Source: a virus. From it: 64,000 bases of DNA. A program made the translations under genes and the position numbers. Of the stretch, positions 29,137 through 37,701 are shown one piece after another. Below the pieces are notes generated by a model that had not been told where the DNA came from, searched no databases, and saw nothing but the letters and a program-made list of their open reading frames with translations. The stretch is from positions 1 to 64,000 of the IMG/VR virus record IMGVR_UViG_3300037557_000128; one strand, written 5' to 3'. The number at the start of each line of letters is the position of its first letter. Within the stretch, counting starts at the first letter, position 1.

Positions 29137-29586
29137 CTAGTGAATTATTTTTTTCTCGTCATCTTCGACTGAGAGATAGTCAGGGCCAAGACTGTCTTCT
29201 TCTAACATTTCAAATTCCTCTTGACTGAGATTGTCCATCATATCATTGATTCGTTCTCTAAGAAACTCTTTTGTACCAGGCAGGGTATTGGTAAGAGGAA
29301 TGTTTCCTTGTTCAACCATACTCAACCACTTTGAAGAAGCCTCATCATAAAAAGGGATAAACTGCTCATTCATATTACTGGTGTGCATAACACTTTCCAT
29401 TCCAATAGTAAGAATGGGGTCTAGTGAGAGTGGCGCATAAGGAATGAACGTTGCAAGGGTATTTGTCGCAGTTACTTTAGTTAACTGACATATCATAGGT
29501 AAAGTTATTTCAACAGTGTCATTTGAGTATGATACCATTCCACAAAGTTCTTGACCTGTTTTAAGTTTAATTACTTCGTATTTCAT
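29137..29586 (-). CDS. conserved T4-like hypothetical protein (Sm-like), between uvsW and gp55
   Basis: VIKLKTGQELCG; position conserved in marine T4-like phages. Confidence 0.75.
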   Translation of the reverse strand: MKYEVIKLKTGQELCGMVSYSNDTVEITLPMICQLTKVTATNTLATFIPYAPLSLDPILTIGMESVMHTSNMNEQFIPFYDEASSKWLSMVEQGNIPLTNTLPGTKEFLRERINDMMDNLSQEEFEMLEEDSLGPDYLSVEDDEKKIIH

Positions 29587-30995
29587 TTTAGTTCGAATTG
29601 CTTAATTTCATATGTAAAACCTTCTTCGTTGTATATATTTATACGGTCTTTACAGTGGTTGAGAGTATAATTCTTACCCCCTATGTCATCAGCAATATCG
29701 AACAGTCTCATACTGTCTTTATCTTTCCCCTTTCTAAGTCCTCTACCAATAGATTGTAGATTTCTTATTCTAGATTTGGAAGGAGATGCGAAAATAATGT
29801 TATCTATTTTCTTAATGTTTACTCCTGTAGAAAAAGTTCCGTATGACGCTAGTATGACATTATCATTACTCTTTTCTACAATTGTTCTTACATCTTCTCT
29901 GTCGGTCACATCAGTACCACCGAAAACGTAGTGTAGTTTGTCTCCTAGTCTTTTAAACATTTTACCATGCAATACTTCACCATGTTTCTGAACATACTGG
30001 AATAGTACAAGTGTGTTTCCTTTTAGACTATACACTAGGTTACATATAAACTCATTTCTTGCTTCATTACCTACAAGGTAATCCATTTCCTCTTGGTAAG
30101 TAGGTAGTTTAATTTTGGGGTGTTTAAGTATTACTATGTCGATATTCAAGTTTGCAATGGTTCCCTCTTCCATTAACTCTGCAGTTGTGGTAACTTTCTT
30201 AACTGGGCCAAACAATCCTTCTAATTGTAATCTATGAACCTCTGTTCCGTCCAGTGTACCAGTCGTTCCAAATCGCAATGCAGTGTTCTTCATTTTTTCT
30301 AGAATACCTTTCAATACATTTGCTTTAAATAAATGTGCTTCATCACCCACAACCATGTCGAATGACTCTAATGTTTTCTTAGGTGCTTTTGCAAATGACT
30401 GCCATGTTGTAATTGTAATGGGTGCATCGAATACTGGTTGACCATGATAGATTTTACAGATAGGTTCTTTGTATCCATAGTCCACAAAATCTTTACTCAA
30501 CTGTTCTACCAGTGAAGTTGTCGGAACAATGATTACAGTTTTTTTGTTGTAGTATCTTGCGAGTAGGTATATGATTAATGATTTGCCACTTGCAGTTGGT
30601 GAGAGTAATAGTTGTCTCCCATATTGAATCGCAGTATTAAATGCATCTATCTGATATTCTCTAGGTTCAAAGGGAAGGTTCAAATCTGCCAACCATGATT
30701 GACTGACCTTCTCTCTTTGTTTAGTTCCAAGAATATCTTCGACACCCTCAAATTCATAACCCCTCTCCCTGCAGAACTCGTCAACATATGGAAGTAATCC
30801 AATATAGATTTTGTGTGTTTTAATAGAGAATAGGTATACCTTACCGTCCCACATTCTATTCTTATAGGAAGGCATAAATTTTGCGTTGGGTACTTTAAAG
30901 GAAAAAAACTCAAACAGTTCTTTTGCGAGTCCATCGTCACAATCAACTTTAAGAAATACTTCGTTTACCTTAGAAACCTTAACAACATCAGACAT
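29583..30995 (-). CDS. uvsW: DNA helicase
   Basis: SPTASGKS, DEAH, QSIGRGLR. Confidence 0.96.
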   Translation of the reverse strand: MSDVVKVSKVNEVFLKVDCDDGLAKELFEFFSFKVPNAKFMPSYKNRMWDGKVYLFSIKTHKIYIGLLPYVDEFCRERGYEFEGVEDILGTKQREKVSQSWLADLNLPFEPREYQIDAFNTAIQYGRQLLLSPTASGKSLIIYLLARYYNKKTVIIVPTTSLVEQLSKDFVDYGYKEPICKIYHGQPVFDAPITITTWQSFAKAPKKTLESFDMVVGDEAHLFKANVLKGILEKMKNTALRFGTTGTLDGTEVHRLQLEGLFGPVKKVTTTAELMEEGTIANLNIDIVILKHPKIKLPTYQEEMDYLVGNEARNEFICNLVYSLKGNTLVLFQYVQKHGEVLHGKMFKRLGDKLHYVFGGTDVTDREDVRTIVEKSNDNVILASYGTFSTGVNIKKIDNIIFASPSKSRIRNLQSIGRGLRKGKDKDSMRLFDIADDIGGKNYTLNHCKDRINIYNEEGFTYEIKQFELK

Positions 30996-31665
30996 AAGGT
31001 TTTCCAGTGAACCAGCATACTAAAGATTTTCTTTGTCCTTTCAATACTGGTGTAACTTGGTGATATAGAAATGAAGGGAATACCACAACACTTCCGATAC
31101 TTTTTGAAGAAAAGGATAATGTCTGAATTGCATCTTGCATACTAACTTGTGGATTTGTTCCATGCATTCTATCAAATTGTTGGTTGGGTTCTAACCACTG
31201 AAAGTGTCCACCCTCGTAATCGTCTTGGTCTGATAATTGAACCGTCATACTTAATTTTCTATGCATTCCGTTTCCATAAGGAATTGGCCCTGCATCAGTA
31301 TGCCATGTATAGAAATCTCCTTTCCTATCAGGTTGTTCATTGTAAACAGTATATTGAGGATTCTCCATATATTCCCATGTATGATTCCACCTACAATCTT
31401 GATTTGCCATGTTTATCGCATCATGTAGTTTATTAGTAAGGTGTGCAGGCATATCTGAGTCAGTAAACCATTTTATTTTAGAAGAACGAATCGACCAATC
31501 TTCCGTACCTTCCTCGTTAGGATTAGGACGGTCTGCATCTTGATTATTGGGAGCTCCAATCTGCCCAGGCATTTCTTGAATTTTATCAGCTGCGTGTATT
31601 AAATCGCCTATTTCTTTAACTGAAAAGAAGTTTGGAGCTTGCCAAACGTAGTTCTCTAATATCAT
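30988..31665 (-). CDS. 2OG-Fe(II) oxygenase
   Basis: WHTD, RKLS, YEGG, FPSF..HQVTPV..G.RKSLV.W. Confidence 0.93.
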   Translation of the reverse strand: MILENYVWQAPNFFSVKEIGDLIHAADKIQEMPGQIGAPNNQDADRPNPNEEGTEDWSIRSSKIKWFTDSDMPAHLTNKLHDAINMANQDCRWNHTWEYMENPQYTVYNEQPDRKGDFYTWHTDAGPIPYGNGMHRKLSMTVQLSDQDDYEGGHFQWLEPNQQFDRMHGTNPQVSMQDAIQTLSFSSKSIGSVVVFPSFLYHQVTPVLKGQRKSLVCWFTGKPYV

Positions 31666-31666
31666 T

Positions 31667-32110
31667 TTAGTTACCCGCCATGAACTTTCTCCAATCGATT
31701 GTGTTTCTAATCGTTTGGTGTCTCCATGTAATATTTTGCATACATTCCTTAAGGAAGTCTACTGTTATCTTCAAGTATTCCATTTTTGCGTTTAATTCCT
31801 GAAGGTCTTCATCTGCATTAAAGAAATGGTGCATTTCATTCTTCATAACCCTTACACCGTCCAGTGCATCAGGTTTCCAACCATATTCTTTTATAGTGTC
31901 ATCGTCCATTTTACCATTATACCATAACCACTTATCTCTAAGTAGAGTATCGTATTTGAGTTGGTATTGTTTTTGAACCATTAACTTACTGGTTAGTAAG
32001 TCTAGGTATTTTGCGTGGAGTTTGGGGACTTCAAGTGATGCAGAATCTAACTCAATATCATCTATTTCACAATCTTTTGCCCATTCAATTTTCAATTCAT
32101 CTAAGTTCAT
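31667..32110 (-). CDS. uvsY: recombination mediator
   Basis: W..D..ID, PKLHAKY, IRNTIDWRKF. Confidence 0.93.
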   Translation of the reverse strand: MNLDELKIEWAKDCEIDDIELDSASLEVPKLHAKYLDLLTSKLMVQKQYQLKYDTLLRDKWLWYNGKMDDDTIKEYGWKPDALDGVRVMKNEMHHFFNADEDLQELNAKMEYLKITVDFLKECMQNITWRHQTIRNTIDWRKFMAGN

Positions 32111-32118
32111 AATATACC

Positions 32119-32154
32119 ATTATACCACAATATAGTAGTATTTATAAGGGGTTT
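32119..32154 (-). promoter_or_regulatory. overlapping late promoter and middle-type promoter for uvsY
   Basis: TATAAATA at 32139-32146; AAAACCCCTTATA-N18-TATAAT. Confidence 0.6.
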
Positions 32155-32690
32155 TAGGACTTGGTTTGTATCTCGTAGAAGTTGAATCTGAACTGAACTT
32201 CGCAAGTTACAGGTGCAGTTTCTGCCCCTGATTGCAACTCTAAGGAACCAAGTGAAATTGGAAATGCATCATAGAATCTGAAGTATCTATTGGGTATATT
32301 CTTGTTAGTATTGGTAACAAGTGTAATCTGAGACGTAGTTTTTAGGTCATCTCCGTCCATTGCTGACACACCTAGTGTATTCTTTTTACCGCCAGTTAGT
32401 CTTTCATAATCAGATGGACTTGCAACTGGAACAATCTGAGTTATCCAATCATACATTTCTTGATAGTTTTTTAAGTCTTCGTCCACTAAAAATGATACAT
32501 TTAGTGTTTCAAACTCTACTTTATCACCATGAAAATATGCATCAACCCCAATTCCTGCAGGTTGAACCAGTTCCTGAAACGATAAGCCTGGAATGGATAC
32601 CGTTTGAACGTAGTATTCAACTGTAGGAACCTTGTCTACTAAAAGACGAAAATTGTTCTTATTGAGTATTGATTTGTTTATTTCAGCCAT
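32154..32690 (-). CDS. gp3: tail completion/tube terminator protein
   Basis: FLVDEDLKNY.E..DW, F.DAFPISL. Confidence 0.88.
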   Translation of the reverse strand: MAEINKSILNKNNFRLLVDKVPTVEYYVQTVSIPGLSFQELVQPAGIGVDAYFHGDKVEFETLNVSFLVDEDLKNYQEMYDWITQIVPVASPSDYERLTGGKKNTLGVSAMDGDDLKTTSQITLVTNTNKNIPNRYFRFYDAFPISLGSLELQSGAETAPVTCEVQFRFNFYEIQTKS

Positions 32691-32892
32691 TTAGTTTAAC
32701 AATCCTTTTAGAAGAAGAGGTATCGAAGTAATCATCACCTCGATACTCTCTCGTAGATGTTTTTTCACAAAGATAACCGTCCATTTCGTATACAGTAATA
32801 GTTGTTCTACTAATTACATTAGTTGTTTCTTCACCATTAGGAAAAGTATTCTTTTCCCAAGGCCCCTCTAATACTCTAACATTTTTTTCCAT
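32683..32892 (-). CDS. hypothetical protein
   Basis: EGPWEK...TREY..DDY.D, conserved-looking ORF upstream of gp3. Confidence 0.7.
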   Translation of the reverse strand: MEKNVRVLEGPWEKNTFPNGEETTNVISRTTITVYEMDGYLCEKTSTREYRGDDYFDTSSSKRIVKLNG

Positions 32893-32918
32893 GATATCCT
32901 CGTGTACTACTATTTAGG

Positions 32919-33134
32919 TTACTTCTCTGTTACAAACTCATTTAACTGTCTTGCAGTTCTGATAACCTCTTCACCAGTAATTTCTCTTAGTGGTAAAGCT
33001 TTCTTATCATTAGGGAAGGTATCGTTGTGTGCGAAGATAGCATCAACTTCTCTTTGGAAGTTTCCTTCAATTATTCCTTGTGCTTGTGAAAGTAAGTCGG
33101 CTCTGATTTCGAACCCTGATTTATTATTTGACAT
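32919..33134 (-). CDS. conserved hypothetical protein
   Basis: GFEIRADLL..A...EEVI..A..LNEFV; AGGAG Shine-Dalgarno. Confidence 0.8.
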   Translation of the reverse strand: MSNNKSGFEIRADLLSQAQGIIEGNFQREVDAIFAHNDTFPNDKKALPLREITGEEVIRTARQLNEFVTEK

Positions 33135-33207
33135 ATTTTTCTCCTGTGTGTATGTGTCATGTACTGTATTGTACCTTGTATTTAGTGCAAAAAAAAGTTG
33201 AAAAACC

Positions 33208-33239
33208 GCTTGACAGTGGGGTACGTTTTATGTTAAGCT
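33208..33239 (+). promoter_or_regulatory. early promoter, copy 4
   Basis: GCTTGACA-N18-TAAGCT, then 6 nt, then the ATG. Confidence 0.85.
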
Positions 33240-33245
33240 ATAAAC

Positions 33246-33692
33246 ATGGAAAAACAAACAATAATCTTTGACGTTGATGGAACTATCGCAGATTGCGAAC
33301 ATAGGAGACATTTCGTTGAAACTCAACCAGCAGACTGGAAGTCATTTAAAGAACATACTGATATGGATACCCCTGTTCAGTGGGTTTGTGACATTGCAAA
33401 AAGACACATTGCCATTGGGGATGATGTTGCATTCTTCTCTGCGAGAAACGAATCTCAAAGAGAGATTACCGAATCTCAGATTTCTGCGTGGATTGGTGAT
33501 GGTCACAAAGGTCTTTTTCTTAGACCCGATGGTGATTTCAGACCTGATGAAGAGTTTAAATCCGACCTTGCAGAAAAATTCGAAGAGTTCGGTGGAAAAA
33601 TCGACATTGTCTTTGACGATAGAAACAAGGTTGTTGATATGTGGAGAGCGAGAGGAACTACTGTTGTTCAAGTCGCTGATGGAGATTTTTAA
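33246..33692 (+). CDS. HAD phosphatase, stand-alone PseT-like 3'-phosphatase domain
   Basis: FDVDGT, SAR, LRP.GD.RPD...K, FDDR..VV.MWR..G. Confidence 0.88.
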   Translation: MEKQTIIFDVDGTIADCEHRRHFVETQPADWKSFKEHTDMDTPVQWVCDIAKRHIAIGDDVAFFSARNESQREITESQISAWIGDGHKGLFLRPDGDFRPDEEFKSDLAEKFEEFGGKIDIVFDDRNKVVDMWRARGTTVVQVADGDF

Positions 33693-33841
33693 AGTTACGT
33701 TGAGAGAAACCGAGGCTCGTTACCTTGCCTGAAAAATGGAGTCAAAAACAAATAACGATTGTGAGATAGAAGACCTCAACTAGAGACCCCAGTTAACCTG
33801 CTGAAGAGTGAGAAGTGACTGGGGTTTCGCTTATCTGAGAC

Positions 33842-33870
33842 AAAAAAAAAGGTCTCCGAAGAGACCCTTT
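33842..33870 (-). terminator. Rho-independent terminator after gp23 (possibly bidirectional)
   Basis: GGTCTC-TTCG-GAGACC with a UUCG tetraloop and a T9 tail. Confidence 0.92.
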
Positions 33871-33893
33871 TAAAGTTAGTTAAAACTTTTGAT

Positions 33894-35189
33894 TTACAGA
33901 ATGTTAGAAACTGCAAATTTTCTGTAGTATTGGTTTGTTGCCGCTGTAGCAAGTCCATCAGCTGGTGTAGTACCAACGAAAGGATTTGAAACCATTCCAT
34001 ATCTAGTTTTGAAACCGATTTTTGGTTGGAATGTGTTTTCGCCAACTGCACGAACCATTTGTAATGGAACGTATGGGCAATAAAACATACCTGCATCATA
34101 AGGATTTGTTCCTCTGTAACCAACAGTTAAGTAATCAACACCAGCATATGGGTCGATGTATACTTTAACTCTTCCGTTAAGAACACCAGCAAATGTATTG
34201 CCTGTGTCATCAACGTTTAGGTTAGTAGAAAGAGCAGGAGCGTAATCTAATACACCTGCCATTGACAATGCAGAAGCTACGTCTGAAGAACATAGGATAA
34301 AGTTACCTTTTCCTCGTCTTGTTTCTTTAGCGATTGCGTTGCTTTCTCTTTCGATTTGGAATAACAAACCTTTGAATTTCTCAACTGACCAACGTCCGTT
34401 AGCGTCAACGTCTAAATTGAACGTACCTGCAACTGCTGCTGCTGATGCACCAACTTTTGCTTGTATGTTAACGTTTCTGACAACTTCTCTGTTGATTTCA
34501 GCAAGAATTTCTGATGAAAGAATATTTGCTAATTCTGATTCTGCATCAAGGCCGTGAATTGCTTTAAGGTCTTGTGCAAGTTCGAGTGTGTACTCTGCTT
34601 TTAATGCTCTTGACTTAGCAGTAACTGTAGCTTTCTCTATTGAGAAACCCATTTGAGCAAAACCGTTGGATGCTTCTACATCACCAAGTGCTTCTGCACT
34701 TGCTGTAGACATACCGTCCCCAGTGTCAGATGCATAAGAACCGTTAAACGGGTCTTGGTTCTGAGCAGCTAAAGGGCCTGCAGCTGTAGGGTTAACTCCG
34801 CCAGAGTAATCACTCTGTACTTCGTCTATTCCCATAGCTTCGGATTTTGTCAATCTAGTTCCTGATGGATAATCGTTATATCTTGCTTTCATAGCAAAGA
34901 TTAATCCAGTAGGGCCAGTCATTGGTTGAACTCCACAAATGTCGTATGCAACGAGATTTGGCATAGCACGTCTTACTAGGGAGATTAAAATCGGATCCCA
35001 GTTAGATATGCCTGTTCCAGTAGCATTTAAAGGTGCTGCTTCTTGCAAGTTCTGCTCTTGTAGAGCTTTCTCTTGGTTTTCTAAGATTACAGCAGTAACA
35101 GCTCTCTTGTAGTTATCCTCGATTTTTGGTAAATCGGAATGTTCTAGAATAGGTTGCCACTTTTCTTGTAAGTTTTCTGATAAAAACAT
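33894..35189 (-). CDS. gp23: major capsid protein
   Basis: LISLVRR.MPNL.AYDICGVQPM.GPTGLIFAM, SRALKAEYT.ELAQDLKAIHGLDAE. Confidence 0.99.
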   Translation of the reverse strand: MFLSENLQEKWQPILEHSDLPKIEDNYKRAVTAVILENQEKALQEQNLQEAAPLNATGTGISNWDPILISLVRRAMPNLVAYDICGVQPMTGPTGLIFAMKARYNDYPSGTRLTKSEAMGIDEVQSDYSGGVNPTAAGPLAAQNQDPFNGSYASDTGDGMSTASAEALGDVEASNGFAQMGFSIEKATVTAKSRALKAEYTLELAQDLKAIHGLDAESELANILSSEILAEINREVVRNVNIQAKVGASAAAVAGTFNLDVDANGRWSVEKFKGLLFQIERESNAIAKETRRGKGNFILCSSDVASALSMAGVLDYAPALSTNLNVDDTGNTFAGVLNGRVKVYIDPYAGVDYLTVGYRGTNPYDAGMFYCPYVPLQMVRAVGENTFQPKIGFKTRYGMVSNPFVGTTPADGLATAATNQYYRKFAVSNIL

Positions 35190-35218
35190 TTTATTTTCCT
35201 TTAAATTAAAACCTAACC

Positions 35219-36538
35219 TTATAAGGGGTTAAGTTTGGTTATTGCAGACGAATACTTATTCATAGTAGGGTCTAATTTCTTCTCAGTTTCTTCAACTTGA
35301 AATTCATTTTCACCTTCTTGAACATTAGTTTCCGCCTCAACTTTCTCTCCGTCTACTTTGAAGTATGCTTCTTTGATTTCAGAAATCTTCTCAGCGAAGT
35401 CTTCACCATCTTTGAAATCTACTCCTTCAGCAAGTGAAGAAAGTTTCTCTTTTTGTGTATCTGTTAAATCTTTCGATGCTTCTGATACAACATTTTGTCT
35501 CTTGAGTTGGTCTAACTCTTCAGTGATTGCCATGTTATTAGACACTTCACCGTCAAGTTTAGCTTCCATCTCTTCAAGACGATTTGCGAGTTCATCGATA
35601 ACATCGTACTTATCTTCAGGAACATCAACGTAGTGTTCTACGAATAATGTTTTTAAACCTTCGATAAAGTTCTCAGTCATTTCTGACCTCAAACCACGTT
35701 CTATTGCTAGTTCGTTTTCTTTCGTCCACTCTTCTGCACAATATGTTAAGTACTTGTCAACTGCTTCCGAAAGGTCGCCTTTAACTGACTCAACTGTGGT
35801 TTTTAACTCTTCTTGATATTTACTATCAAGTTGTTCTTTAACTTCCTGTACTTTTGATTGTACAGCAGCTTTAAAGATTGTCTTTGCCTTTTCTGAATTT
35901 TCTTCAGAAAGGTCTAATGCTTCGGAAATTGCTGATAGGTCGTCATCTATCTCAATTTCAACTAGTGAGGATTCAACATCTGCAGAAACTTCTTCTGCAA
36001 CTGCATCTTCTTCTGCATTTTCTGTAATTTCTTCAGACATAGACTCAAGGATTTCTCCTACTTTGTCTTCGTCCATAGTCTTCAAAGATTCAACAACTGC
36101 TCTCGCAACTTCTGCTTTAGTCAAACTCTCGTCCTCTTCAGATTCAGATATTGTAGACAATACTGTTTGAAGTTCTTCCTTAGTCATTTCCTTCATGTTG
36201 TTGACGATAGCTTTTATTGATTCCATCTTCGAAGGTTTTGTCTCTTCTTTGACTTTCTCTTGCTTTTCAGCTTTACCAGCACCTTTCTTCTGAGGGTCGC
36301 CTTCATTTGAAGGGACTTTCTTCTCAGCGTCTTTTACTGCTTTAACTGCTTTGTCAACAGGATTGGTTTCAACTGGGACGACTTCCGCTTTGCCTGCTTC
36401 TATTGATTCAGCATCGGATGAACCTTGTTTGACTGGTTTTTTATCACCTTTCTCAGACTTAGCGTCAGGTTGAGTACCTTCCTCTACAGTCTCAACTACT
36501 TCCTCAGTAGTCTCTAGGTTATTTTCTAACTCTGCCAT
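35219..36538 (-). CDS. gp22: prohead core/scaffold protein
   Basis: Acidic coiled coil; VDKYL.Y..EEW..EN.LAIERG. Confidence 0.93.
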   Translation of the reverse strand: MAELENNLETTEEVVETVEEGTQPDAKSEKGDKKPVKQGSSDAESIEAGKAEVVPVETNPVDKAVKAVKDAEKKVPSNEGDPQKKGAGKAEKQEKVKEETKPSKMESIKAIVNNMKEMTKEELQTVLSTISESEEDESLTKAEVARAVVESLKTMDEDKVGEILESMSEEITENAEEDAVAEEVSADVESSLVEIEIDDDLSAISEALDLSEENSEKAKTIFKAAVQSKVQEVKEQLDSKYQEELKTTVESVKGDLSEAVDKYLTYCAEEWTKENELAIERGLRSEMTENFIEGLKTLFVEHYVDVPEDKYDVIDELANRLEEMEAKLDGEVSNNMAITEELDQLKRQNVVSEASKDLTDTQKEKLSSLAEGVDFKDGEDFAEKISEIKEAYFKVDGEKVEAETNVQEGENEFQVEETEKKLDPTMNKYSSAITKLNPL

Positions 36539-36579
36539 TTTTTTCTCCTGTTTTAATACTAATTTGTATTACTTTATTT

Positions 36580-36587
36580 TATTTATA
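36580..36587 (-). promoter_or_regulatory. late promoter
   Basis: TATAAATA. Confidence 0.7.
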
Positions 36588-36589
36588 TG

Positions 36590-37237
36590 TTATAGACTCT
36601 CAACGAACCTTTTCCATAGATTTAACTTAGTTTCTTCAAGTTGATTTTTCTTAGCAGAACGTAATTCTTGCCTCATAGTCTCAACTTGAACTCTTGTAAG
36701 AATACCATTTTCCATTACCCACTCAACACCTTCCATAATTCCTTCGACAAATGCCTCAGGGGCAGAAGGGTCTGCGACTATATCACCTGCAGTTGCAAGT
36801 TGAAAATCATTCTTAACATATTGTGCATCTCCCTTTTGTTCTAGTGAACCAAGTCCCCTAGAAGATACTCCGAGTTTTGCACCATCGTTTATGAGAGCTT
36901 TTACAATCTCTCCGTTTGGAGTACTTAAAACCTTTGCTTTACCCAAATAGTTTTTACCTTCCAATTCTAATGATTGGATTAAGTGGGATACTTTATCGAG
37001 GTTAATAGTTGGGCCATCAGGGTGTCCGAGCTCACCGAATGCACGGTCTTTTTCTACGAACTCCTTCTTATATCGGTTAACTTCCTTCTCCATAATTGCT
37101 TTAGGATAGACTCTACCGTTACGATTTTTAATATCGGCCTGCATAAAGACGCCTTCTATGAAGTAATCTTTTTTACCATTCGCACCCTCTGTAATGATGG
37201 GCGATATAGTTTCGTTAAACTCTGCTATTAATTTCAT
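36590..37237 (-). CDS. gp21: prohead protease
   Basis: NRNGRVYP, GELGHP, GVSSRGLGS, DPSAP. Confidence 0.97.
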   Translation of the reverse strand: MKLIAEFNETISPIITEGANGKKDYFIEGVFMQADIKNRNGRVYPKAIMEKEVNRYKKEFVEKDRAFGELGHPDGPTINLDKVSHLIQSLELEGKNYLGKAKVLSTPNGEIVKALINDGAKLGVSSRGLGSLEQKGDAQYVKNDFQLATAGDIVADPSAPEAFVEGIMEGVEWVMENGILTRVQVETMRQELRSAKKNQLEETKLNLWKRFVESL

Positions 37238-37523
37238 TTACTATTTCCTCTATATTTACACCAAATTCTTCACCCATATTTTTCATAATTTGTTTGATGT
37301 CTTTAAACTCTTTCTTCGCAGTCTTTAGGTCTTTATACGGAGCATCTCCTGTAAAGTTTTCCCCATTAACAAATGCGTGTACTTTTCCTTCGTACATTGC
37401 GTATACTATGTCGACATTCTTACCACTTACATTGACACTGTCTCTATTGACCTCTTTATGTCCTGTAGGAAGTTTAAACTTTGCCTCGTTTAATTCCTTT
37501 ACCATAGTGGTAAAACTCTTCAT
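37215..37523 (-). CDS. putative prohead core protein (gp68 position)
   Basis: Synteny; N-terminus MKSF...LNEA. Confidence 0.55.
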   Translation of the reverse strand: MKSFTTMVKELNEAKFKLPTGHKEVNRDSVNVSGKNVDIVYAMYEGKVHAFVNGENFTGDAPYKDLKTAKKEFKDIKQIMKNMGEEFGVNIEEIVNEINSRV

Positions 37524-37524
37524 A

Positions 37525-37701
37525 TTAACCTTCTGCTACTTCTTCTTTCTCAACGGTTGACCATGTAGTCGAAGTTTCAACTCTTTTGAAGTCTACTGCT
37601 TGTGCAGCCTTTTCCTTGACACCTTGACCGATTAGGTCTTTTGCACTCTGCAATTCACCCTTCTCTATCGTATCAACTATTTCTCTCGCAATTTTACTCA
37701 T
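37525..37701 (-). CDS. 58-aa prohead core protein (gp67-like), missing from the ORF track
   Basis: MSKIAREIVDTIEKGELQSAKDLIGQGVKEKAAQAVDFKRVE...; directly after gp20. Confidence 0.75.
   Translation of the reverse strand: MSKIAREIVDTIEKGELQSAKDLIGQGVKEKAAQAVDFKRVETSTTWSTVEKEEVAEG

Noticed and set aside
33700-33832. Hammerhead ribozyme (CTGAAGAG on plus; GAAAC-stem-GTC on minus)
   Set aside because: The two core halves are not arranged on one strand with the required stems.
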